DNA of 64,000 nt, from positions 310,001-374,000 of the forward strand of contig VJWM01000068.1 of NCBI GenBank assembly GCA_010909165.1, read 5' to 3'. Shown in pieces: positions 48,331-59,479 of the stretch (the first letter of the stretch is position 1; each line of letters begins with the position of its first letter). The position numbers were made by a program, and so were the translations under genes. This stretch comes from Anthoceros angustus (Eukaryota > Plantae > Anthocerotophyta). The notes under the pieces were generated by a model that worked only from the letters and a program-made list of their open reading frames with translations, was not told where the DNA came from and ran no database searches.

Positions 48331-49821
48331 TAACCAAACCGTAACGTTGTTTGTATGTCCATAGGCCACCTCACCGACTGCCCTGTATGACTTCTTTGCA
48401 TGTTGCTCACCCCAAAGTGGGGAACACTATTTCTCCGCGTGTACAATGGGGGCCACAATTACACACGGTCAAAGGGTGTCCATGGACGAGGAGTGAAGAG
48501 GCGCCGGTCGGCCGGCGCCGCTGTCTAGATTGTGTTTTCCGAAAAGGGGCGACATTGACCCTCGACCATTGTACTAACGGCGTAGAGTTGTACTTAATGG
48601 AAAAGGACCCGCACCATGTTTTTCGAGTTGCCGGGTTTTGCTCATCGGTCTTCATCATCACTGCACAAAACGGTCGTCCCATCCGGTCCGAAATGGAGCC
48701 AAATGGATGTATGAGGGGTTATCAAAACCCTTTGCCTCCTACATCGATACACGAAATTTGTGTGCACGTGATGAACACCCTATTTTTCCGAGGCATTTTG
48801 GACCACACGATTCAAAACCCTAAATGGAGACCCATTGGAAACCCTCATTGCGAATAAAAGGCGTAAAACCCCATGGTGCATATTAACCTCCTCATGTAAT
48901 AATTACCTTGTTCTTCATCCGCCTCCCTCATTCTCTACCCACCCTCCATCGTGACAACCGCCTCAAACCATGTACACTCTACGCCCATGTAGCCTCAGAC
49001 AACACTGCTATGACATCGCTCAATGGCTTACCGGCCAGTGCTCCAATTCTCCACCTCATGTGGTGGCAATGTAGTCGGCATGTGTTCCTCGACCTCGGAT
49101 CCGCCATCTCCACATCTTCCTCCTCGCCTCCCGCCTCCCCATCCTCTCATTGCGGTGTCCTCCTCCTCACCGCCCTCCTCACCATCAGCATGCATGCGCC
49201 TTGGCCCTCCTCCGCAACCGCGCCACTGCCACACTGGGCCTCCAATCCCACCATCACAGGAGTTTCCTCCCTCCAAAGGCTCCCTCCGCCACGTTGTTGG
49301 GGTTGTCCGCCGCCACAGCGTAAGGTCCACAAACGTATGCCATCTCTCGGCACCCACATGTGGTCACCTCTTGTGCACCACCACCATGTTTCCCTGTTGG
49401 ACACACCAAGCTCCAGACTCAGGCCAATGTCCTCGCTCCTCCCGGATGTCGCCTCGGCATCCCTCCTCGACGCCTTGAATCTCTCCCAGAAAACAAATGG
49501 CTCCCACCTGTGGAGACACCTGCCCACTCACTGTCACGAGCATCGCCCGCCTCGCAGACTCCACTCCTGCATGAAGGTGCTCCCAAGCACCTCCACCGCC
49601 CGCCCCGCCCACGCCATGAGCATCCACCCTCCACTTGGAATCGGCTTTTCCACGACCGCGCCCACCTCACTTTGCCGCTTCCACCATCCGCCGCCCGTGC
49701 TTCCATCCACCTGCCAGTTGCCGCACTGCCAAGTCCCTTTGTGGACCATTTTCCGGCCATTCTCTCCTCTCGGCTGGCGCAAACGGCCGATGGGCCCCCA
49801 CCTCCTCCTTCCAAGCGGGCC

Positions 49822-50860
49822 GACGTTATGGGCACCGACATCCACAAGACGGATTGGCGGGGTTTGTTCCAGCTTAAGCCAATGCCATTAAATCTTCAAA
49901 GTCAACGTCCCAAACCATGGTCGAGGAAGGTGTGTGGGCTACGGACTTCCTTGGGGGTTAGGAATAAGTGGGGTTTTGTTTTTTTGTAGGTTGGAATAGT
50001 AAAATAAGGCGGAAAAGGAGGAATAAGCAACGGACCACTCCTGACTAAGCAACACCACCACGGGAGTAAGCAATCTGACCTTTCTGCACGGGTAAACGGT
50101 GAGGAGAGCTAGAGGAGGAAATGGCTCCTTATCCGATTACGGAGACGGAAGGGGGCTCCATGGCTACCGCCTGGCGAGCCAGACAAAGGAGGAGGAGCTG
50201 CTGAGTGCAGCAGGCCGCAGGAGGTCGGAGGCCGCTTTGGTGGCTTCAAGGAGTCCCGGCTCGTTGGCAAGCCCGGGGCGACGGAGACGAGCTGGCCGAA
50301 CAACACTCCCACCGCCGAGCACCTTGGCGACGGACGTTATGGGCACCGACATCCACTTCGCGACGGATTGGCGGGGTTTGTTCCAGCTTAAGCGAGCCTT
50401 CAACCCAAATTTCAAATCTTCGAAAATCTTCAACGTCCCAAACCATGGTCGAGGAAGGTGTGGGCCACGGACTTCCTTGGGGAGTTAAGGTAAATAAGTG
50501 GGGTTTTGTTTTTGTAGGTTGGAATAGTAAAATAAAGAGTGAAAGAGGAATAAGCAACGGACCACTCCGGACTAAACAGCGGACCACCGCTGGGAGTAAA
50601 CAGCGGACCTTGATGCAGGTAAGCGGAGGAGGAGGAGAGCTAGAGGAGAACGGCTCCCTTATCCGATTACAGGGAGGCGGAGGGCTGAAACTCCAGCGAT
50701 CAGTTGACTGACAAAGGAGGAGGAGGCGCGTTGGCGGCTGACAAAGTGCAGGAGGTGTCGGAGGCCGCTTTGGTGGCTTCAAAGTCTGCGGCCGGTTGGC
50801 AAAGCTGGCGGCGGAGAACCCACCGGCCGGGCAGCAACCTCAGTGCCGGGCACAGAATCT
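49822..50860. repeat. Tandem duplication of ~510-525 bp spanning flank + start of the gypsy 5' LTR
   Basis: gacgttatgggcaccgacatccac occurs at ~49822 and ~50333. The LTR start tgtgggc(t/c)acggacttcc occurs at 49933 and 50459. Confidence 0.85.
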
Positions 50861-53800
50861 GGTGCCGAGGCCATGTGGAGGAGGCGATTCAGTGGTCGAC
50901 TCCGACCCGCCTACAGCAGCGGAGGCTGCTCAAGCGCTGAGGCACCACGTCACCCTCGGCGGGAGGCCGGACTTCAGAGCCAGGTCGAAGAGGCGAGAAG
51001 AAGGCCCGAGGATGAGTGCGGCCACGGACCTTGGGCGTTGTTCGGCAGCCGGCGGTGGCGGCGGTGGAGCGGAGGAGGCCAGGCAGCGAGGAGGCGGCGA
51101 ATGTAAGTGGCACCACACCTCACCATGGAAGAAGGGCCCTAACGAGGGAGTCGCTTGAGGCGATGGGGAGCAGCGGAAGGACTCGAGGAGAGCCACGGAG
51201 GAGTCCCGTGAGGAAGAAACCCAGTAGCAGTTCGGACCACGAGTCAGGACTCACGACCGGACCACGAGGGGGACTCCTGAGCCGGACCTGGTCCGGACCT
51301 CGAGGAAGACGGACCACGAGGTCGGACCCCGAGACAAGGTCGGACCTGGCGTGGGACTGGAAATAATGGGACTCACGAGTTCGGGAGTCGAGGGGCGGAC
51401 CTCGAGGTCCGGCTGCGGCGATGGAGGCCCCCTTGCCGACTTCGCTAGGGAGGCGGATAGCCGGTGGCCCCACCGGCGAGGACCGAGGAGGCGAGGAGGA
51501 TGGCGTCGTAATGCGCGGTTGTCGACCCGGTAGTAACACAGGAGTTCGGAGAGAGGAGGGGCCCGCCTCACGGATCATCGATTGGGGCCACAAGCTGTCG
51601 GGGACGGAGATTGGACCACCATCCGGGCGGAACCCAGTCTTGACCCCCAGCCAAGGAGATAGGGGAGGAAATAGGATGGTAGGCGGCCGATTAGGGCATC
51701 TGGGCTGGCCATCGGCTCGAATAGGTGTAATAAAGGCGCCGACCTTGGGCGTAGTATAAGAGGAGGCCGCTCTAGTAAAGTATCTTTCTCTTGGTGTTGA
51801 TGCAGCGTTCTTGCGGACCTTGTGCGTCTTCTTGCTACGAGTCACGAGTCAAGGCGGGCACGGCGACTCGGGAGATTGATCAAGGTCCCGTGACGGACTT
51901 AGCGTTGTGGTGTGTGCGGGGAAGGGGGACCCTTGTTCGCTCGAGCGGCGGTCCAACGTCGAGCGGGCCGGGCGTGTGGGCGGAGGAACTCGGGAGGTGT
52001 CGAGAGCCGGACGGAGGCAGAGCGGAGGAGGTCGACGTACCACGTCTTTTCTAAGGTTGATAAGTGTAGAGGCGTGAGAGGAGAGATGAAGAAGCAGTGG
52101 AATGACAGAGCGGACAAAAGGTCCTTAAGCGTTTAGCCTGCAAGACTGTCTCGGTGAACGTTATAAATAGGGGTATGCGAAGATTGTGTGTTGGTGAAGT
52201 GGACCCAAGAGGTGAGAATCGGTGAAGCGCAAGCGGGCCTATCATTCTCTTGGAGCGGACTTCCATACCACAACGACCACGGGATTGTGCGGCCCGTCGT
52301 GACGCGCCACATTTTGGCGCCGCGGGAATGAAATCGAGTGCGTGGATGCGTGGAGGTAGAGGTAGTTGGAGACGGTCTAAGAGGCGGCGGTGAGCGGAGG
52401 CGCTCGGTGGTCACGTGAAAGGCTCTCGAGCTCGGGGCGGGGACACCAGCCAGCGAGGAGTAAGCGAGTGGACTTGGTCGGATCGTGAGGAAGAAGCACC
52501 ACGCCAGGCGGAAGTAAGGGGGAGCGGTTCCTCAAACTTTGCGGCGGCGAAATGGCCACTCGACCAAACAAGCGTACTCCATATTTGGAGGAAGAAGGAG
52601 AGGAGGAGACCTTTGTGGAGGACTTCATGTCAGCCAACTCAATGGGAGGGATCGGTGCACTCATCCATTTTCAAGGGGTCCTCAGGGGACGGCTCTCGGT
52701 CGGAGAAAAGTACCACCCCTATGCCGCCCAGCGTTGAAGGATGCCTTCTTAGAGCAGTTCGAGGATCGACCAAGGGTATGTATTATCAAACTCGGAAAAG
52801 GCGAGGAAGAAGGAGGGGCGTACATCGAAGCGGTTCTATGCCGAGGATCGACATCCACCCATACCACCATGCAGGACGTGGTTGGCGGCTTACCAAATGG
52901 CTAAACACGTCTTCTGGCGAAAGATGTGAGCAAGGCGGTCGGGCGGAGAGAAGAATCGATGCACCAGCGGCGGAGGGGCGCTCAAGGAGAAAGAAGAAGA
53001 AGAAGAAGCAGGGGGGTTCAGATGAAGAGTCTTGGAGGAGGAGATGAGGCGGGTGGCTTGGAGGAGGAGGAGGACTCGAGGAAGAGGATGCCATGGAAGA
53101 AGAAGAACCTCGTCAAGAAATAAGAAGAAAAGCCCGTAGAGCGAGGGTGGAAGAAGGAGGTTATGACACGGTCGAGAGGTTCCGACCCGGAAAGTGGCGG
53201 GAGGAAGATTTGGAGTGATGAAGAGGGTGGAGGTTGACGATCAACCAAGTGAAGGACAAAAGGCGGAGAAGCCTGTTCGAACCCATCTGGTGTGCGGTAT
53301 GCCACGGCCATTGGGGCACTCAAGGCTGCCCCTCCGGACTGAACCGGTGAAATGCGAGGGAGGAGCAATGGGAAGGATGCTTACAGTGCAGAAGCCCCCG
53401 GGCGCGATGCAAAACCATGTATCAGCGGAGGTCCATCCATACACCGCCTGATGCAACCGATGGGAGGACCCGGAATCCTTGGCGTGTGGTCATTGGGCTG
53501 GAACCCCGCATTACTCCAGCCCTGTCCAGGCAAGGTAATGGACTTGAGCGTGTGTGGGATTGTAGCGGGCATATGGCGGTGATGTGTCCAACCCCGTTCA
53601 AGAACAGTGCGATATGCCACCACGGCGAGAGGAGACCGCGCCTCCCTTCCTAAGGCCGTGCTACAAATTGAGGATGCAGTGGCGGAGTGGGAAGGCGCCG
53701 AAGGGACTTGGCAGGTGAGTGGGCGAGGAGGAAAGGCGGGGTCTTGGAAGTGGTGTCAAGGCGGAAGGAAGCGAGAGGAGGCGATTTAAGAGGAAGAAAA

Positions 53801-56800
53801 TGAAAAGTAGCGGAGGAGGAGGACACGCAAAGGCAACTCAGCTAAGGAAGGAGGTTAATCGATGACTCTGCGGAGGGGGTCGAAGCCTCCGAGCGTTGGG
53901 AGAAACGGACCACCAGCAACACCTCGGTTTCCACCGGATGTGGCCAGAAGTGGCGGAGATGCTTGGGGAGAGATCCAGCAGACCCGGGGTGGTCAGACCA
54001 CCACGAGGGGGAGAGGACTCGGCGGGCACGCTCCGTGAAGCCACCCACACCTTTCAATGCGGACGATGATGGATCAACAACATTTGGTAACGGCAGGTTA
54101 AAGACAACCAGTATCGGCAAGTCGGGCCATCGGGAGACACAACCACACAAACCCCGTCGAAGGACAAGAATGTGGAGGTGGTGGTGTCCCATACGGACCC
54201 AGGCGTGGTTGGTAGTGAGGGTGTGTGGATGTATCATCTGGATACGGGTCGGAGTCAACCTCATCACTGAAGCCACCGCAGGCGGTTGGGCTTCATCCTT
54301 GAGCCTCACCAAAACCGAGAATGGCGGACATGTCGAGAAGGGCCCGGGAGTTGTCAGTCTTAAGCCACCATAGCGGGGCACCCTACATTGGACTTGTGAT
54401 CACGGACCGGACCTGTGGAGGTCTTTGGGACGTCCATGGCTGGGCCCGGACAAAGCTACACTTTGGAAGGAAATCCACTTCAAACCCGTGGATTGGGACC
54501 CTAAGGTGTCGAGAAGGAGGTGGCTATCACTTGGAGTAAGGATACATCAGGAAGCCTTGTGAGCACCACGGAGGGTATACCTCCGAGGATAGTACGGATG
54601 ATGAAAGAAGATAGCACCCTTTCCCCAAAATCACATGGTCGAGGAGGAGATGGACTTCGTGAGGATGCCTTTGGCGAGGTGGACGAGGAGGTCTTGATTG
54701 CTTTTCGCGGCTGGAGGAAGGAAGTGAGAGGCGGGGCGGTGAAGAAGAGGTCCGGAAAGATGAAGAGGTGGGGACCAGAGTAACCCGATTCACCTCCGAG
54801 CTCTTGAGAGAATGGGGATGCGAGAGGGCGATCCCGAGTGGAGGGCGAGGGTTTGTGACGAGCAGGAGGCAGTGAACCCGGACGGCGTGGAAGAAGTGGA
54901 GGTCCGGCCGAGGCAAATTCACGAAGTTTAAGAAAGGCATGCCTCCGGACTGAAGGAAGGACTTGCATTTCTTGGGGGAGTTTTCAGGTGTTCGCCTTCA
55001 AGGTCACGGACATGAAGGGCATTAGAAGAAGTGGGGAGCATAAGATCGATTTGAAGCCGGGAGGCGGTGCGGTCAATCCGACAATACAAGCTCAACCCCA
55101 AGTATTCGATCAAGGTGAAGGAGGTCCTTGATAAGTACAGAGACATCATTTTCCCCATCGTCAGCAGTGGTTCGTGGGTGTGGTGGTCCCAAGAAAGCAG
55201 CCGGGACAAATTGGTATGCCAAGATTGGAGGAAGCTCAGCGCGAGAAGGACCACTTCCGATGCCATTCGTGAGCGACATTTTGGACAAGGTGGGTGGACG
55301 GACTACTCCTTCTGGATGGCTACTCGGATACAACCAATTGCACCTAAGGGGTGATGGGACAAGGCGACCTTCACTCTGAATTAGTCGTTTGCCTACAAGA
55401 GAAGTGCCTTTGGGATGGCCGGGCGCGGTCGTTCATGCGTATGGTGACCAACGTCTTAGTGACTTCTGAGGACTTCATGGAGATATTCTGGATGATTTTG
55501 TGTGCATGGGGAGGCGGGACAAACACCTTGGACATCTAAGAAAGTGCTTGGGGAGCTGGGAGACTCAATTGAGCCTACACGAGAAATGCTACTTTGGAAT
55601 GACGGAGGAATCTTGTTGGGACATCGGTGTCGGTAGCGGGGAATCGAGGTGGACGGGACAAGGTCCGGTCATCCGATCTCTCCGGCCGCGAACCTAAAGG
55701 AGGCGAGAGGTTTCACAGGAATGGTGGGATACTACCGGTTTATTAAGGACTTTCGAAGGCGGCTAAGTTGGCGGAACTCTGCGGAAGGAGGAGGTTTGGA
55801 CACAGTCTCGGGAGAGAGAGAGGAGGCCTTCCGGGTTCTGAGAACACCTTGGTAAGCCGGCTAAGAGGACCGGATCGAGCAAGAAATTTCATGTACGTAG
55901 ATGTGTCCGCTTTTGCTATCGGAGTAGTCTTGAGCGGAAGGGACAATGAAGGGATTATCCGTATACTACTGGGCCGAGCTCACCCAGCGCAATACACAAC
56001 TACTGAGGCCTTGAAGCCTTTGGGTATAGTATATCTTTGTCAAGAAATTCCGACACTACGCTACCGGTGAGTTTGTGTTCTATAGACACACTTTTGAAGC
56101 ATCACGGTGAATAAGGCGGACTGTCGGACGGATAGCAAGGTGGATATTGTTCTGCGAGGAGTTCACGTTGAAGTGGAAACAAGACAAGGCGGCACCAAAA
56201 TCAATTTCTGTCACGATTGAAAAACACGGTGTTGAGAGATCGAGGAAGATGCGTTCCGGATGAGACATTGGTTGCCTTGTAAAAGTACAACCGGAGGAGC
56301 CGGCCGAAGCTACGAGCTGGCGGCCTTAGCGAGCGGAGAAGGGAGGGTCCGCGGTCAGACCTCGAAGAAATGTACCTCACAGGAATGGAGCTTCCATCGA
56401 CTCGTGGACGGAGGAGGCATTCGTGCACTATGCTCGACCCTTGAGAATGTACAAGGTGTGTGTTCAAATTAGGGCGGACGGAGTAGAGCAGAAGGTACTG
56501 GCCAGCGAGGCAGGCGGTCGTCGGGGAATGCACGAAGGATTGGGGGAGGACACTACAGCACAGTCACCACCAAAAGATTTTAGGCAGGATCTTGGTGGCC
56601 AACAATGTATGGGGACACCCACCGGTTTGTGAAGAAGTGTGATGCTTGTCGGGATCGGAAGCCAACTCCCACAACACAATGGCTTGGGTGCTTATGCACA
56701 GCGCCTTTTGAGAAGTGGGGCATCGACTTGGACCTACTCGACCAGCAAGACACACACATTTGGTGGCAGCGGACTCATGCCGGTGGGTAGAGGCGGTGAG

Positions 56801-59320
56801 AGCGGACTCTGAGCACGGTGGCAAAGTTCCTTTGAGAACATCATCCGTATGGGTGTCCATTTGGGTGATAGAGGACTCCATTTCCTCAATGATGTGGATC
56901 CGCAATGACGGACTATTTTGGCATCACGCCATGAGCCGGCCTACAATCCCAGGCTAATGGGTTGTGGAGAAGACCAATGGGCTCATCTGCGATCGAATAA
57001 ACTTACGGTTAACTATGCATAGGATACCAAGTTGCCATCCACTCTGGGCTTTGGGGCGCGGAGAAGGTAACCCACAAGCGAACTCAGACCTCTGGGCATT
57101 CTGCGTTATGTGGAGTTTGCGGTACCAGCACGGATTATGATGGAGGCCGGTTGATGAGGAAAGCGCCGCTTCTTGGGGTTTGTCCAACACACGGAGGGTC
57201 GGGAAGGCTCGGCCGGATGCAACAGTAAGAGTGTGGGCATGAGCGCCTTGAATCGGGAGTATGTGAAGGGAGATTTGGCCCTCCTTTATGAGGTAGCATA
57301 TACTTTCGGGCAAACTTCACTTGAGGTGGATGGGTCCTTACCGTGGTGCGGTGTCATGAAATGGGTCTCAAGCGGTTGGATGGGAAGCTGTGCCACTCGG
57401 GTGAGCGGGTGGCGGGTAAAGAAGTACCATGCCTAGTGTTGGCGGAGGCGTAGCAGATGAGAAAAGGAGTATGTGGGCTACGGACTTCCTTGGGGGTTAG
57501 GAATAAGTGGGGTTTATTTTTGTAGGTTGGAATAGTAAAATAAAGTAGGAAAGGAGGAATAAGCAACGGACCCTCACGGACTAAACAACGGACCAGGGTA
57601 AGCAACGGACCTTGCAGTAAACGAGGAGGAGGCGCTGGGGAGGCGGCCACTTGTCGGTCTTGGACAAGGAAGGGGCTGGGCTCCAGCGATCAGTTCGAAA
57701 ACTCTGACAAAGGAGGAGGAGCGTTGAAAGCGTGACAAAGTCAGGAGGTGCTCCGAGCGCTGGGTGGCTTCAAAGTCTGCCCGGCTTGGTTGGCAAGCTG
57801 GGGCAGAGCGAGCAGTGGGCCGAATAACACTCCACGCCGGAGCACCTTTGCACGGAGTACCGGTGCCTAAAGCCAGTGGAGGCGATTAAGATCGACTCAG
57901 GCCCCATACCACCACGCAGTGCCTACTAGCGCCAGAGGCACCACGTCACCCTCAGCGGAGGACTGGACTTCCAGTGGTCCGAAGGAGAGGCGAGGGAAGG
58001 CCCAGATGGAGTGCGCCTGAGGACCTTGGGGCGGTTGTTCACCCAGCGGTAGCAATGTGAGGGAGCAGCGGAGGAGGCGGCCCGAGGAGGCGGCGAATGT
58101 GGCGGAGGTACACGCACCTCACCATGGAAGAAGGCCAGCGAGGGAGTCGCCGGCGATGCGGGAACCCAGTGGAAGGACTCGGGGCGAGAGGAGTCCCGTG
58201 AGGGAAGAAACCGGTGAGTTGGACCACGAGGTCCGGACTCAAGGAAGACCGGACCACAGGTCCTGGGACTCTCAAGGAAGACGACCCGAGGTCCTGGACC
58301 TGGAAGGAAGGCCGGACCCGAGGTCCGGACCCAGACAAGTCCCGGACCCAGCTGCGGACTCGTGAAATAGGCGGACTCACGGAAGTCTGGGGGTCGAGAC
58401 AGACCTCGAGGTCCCGACTGCAGCGAGGAGGCCCCAGGCTTACGCTAGGGGCGGATGGCCGGTGGCCCAGCGAGGGACCAGGGGAGGCCGAGGAGGATGA
58501 CGTCGTACCCATATGGCGGTTGTGAGGCCGCCGCCCGTGTAACCTCGAGGATTATGGAGAGAGGAGGCCCGCCTCACGGATCATCCGATTGGGAGCGCCA
58601 CAACCGCTATCGGGACGGATTGGACCACCCATCCCGAAGGCGGAACCCGGAATCTTGACCCCCCGGCCGAGAGGAGATGGGGAGGAAATAGGATGGTAGG
58701 CGGCCGTTAGGGCATACCGAAATGGCCATCACCGCTCGAGAATGAGGATGTAAGACGCTCACCTTGGGCGTAGTATAAGAGGAGGCCGCTCTAGTAAAAT
58801 ATCTTCTCTTGGTGTTGATGCCGCGTTCTGCACTTGCGTCTGCCTTCTTGGTCTGAGTCATGGCCGAGCCGCAGCGACTCGGAGATCGGTCAAGGTCCCG
58901 TGTGGACTTAACGCGTGGTGGTGTATGCGGGGAAGACGGCCGAGGACCCTTATTCGTCCAGGCGGTCCAACGTCGAAGCGGGCCGCAATGTGTGGAGGTA
59001 CCGGAGGGTGTACAGGCCGACGAGGAGGCCGGTGAGCAACGTAGAGGAGGTCCCATTGTAGCTCAACCACTTGCTTCTTTTCAAGGTTATTAAATTGTAG
59101 AAGGCGATGGGAGGCAATTTGAAAGCAGTGGCGAGCGAAACGGGCAGCAGGTCCTTAAGCGTTTAGCCACACGGAGCTGTTAAATTGAGCGTTATAACAG
59201 AATTGAGTGTGGGTGAAGTGGACCAAGAAAGGCGAGAATCGGCCTGCGCAAACGGAGCTATCATTCTCTTGGGAACGGACTCATACCACAACGACGGATT
59301 GTGCGCTACCGCTTATCAAC
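50459..59320 (+). mobile_element. Ty3/gypsy (non-chromovirus, Athila/Tat-like) LTR retrotransposon with ~1.85-kb LTRs, degenerate or error-rich
   Basis: 5' LTR 50459-52311 is followed by PBS ttttggcgccg. Internal motifs: gag zinc knuckle ~53300, protease DTGSGVNLI ~54238, RT DHFPMPFVSDILDKVGG / FLDDF, RNase H DVSAFAIG, integrase PFEKWGID / PQANG. A purine tract precedes the 3' LTR at 57472, which runs to ~59320. No TSD found. Confidence 0.9.
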
Positions 59321-59479
59321 AAAGTCGCCACGAACAAAGTCACCACAAGATGCACAATCGACAACCGCGATAAAGTGAACAGAACTAAGTGACGATGGCC
59401 GACGAGGGAGGTGAGGTAACCCTGGTGATGGGGAAGAGGGGCAAGAGGAGGGGGAGTTTAGGGCGTAAGTCCAGGGCAT

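Larger units (their letters stand above)
32244..48912. mobile_element. Putative large TIR DNA transposon (Sola-like) with cargo genes, interrupted by a copia
   Basis: Left end aacatggtaatt-ctgta-aggaggttaatat (32244-32273) matches the reverse complement of the right end aacaaggtaatt-attacatg-aggaggttaatat (48912-48880) at 11/12 and 13/13. CTT flanks both ends (32241-32243, 48913-48915). The interval encloses a DDE transposase and an MTase gene. Confidence 0.7.

Noticed and set aside
51230-51350. Degenerate GGACC-rich short repeats (also at ~58190-58350)
   Set aside because: Ordinary internal repeats of the gypsy LTR, present in both LTR copies.
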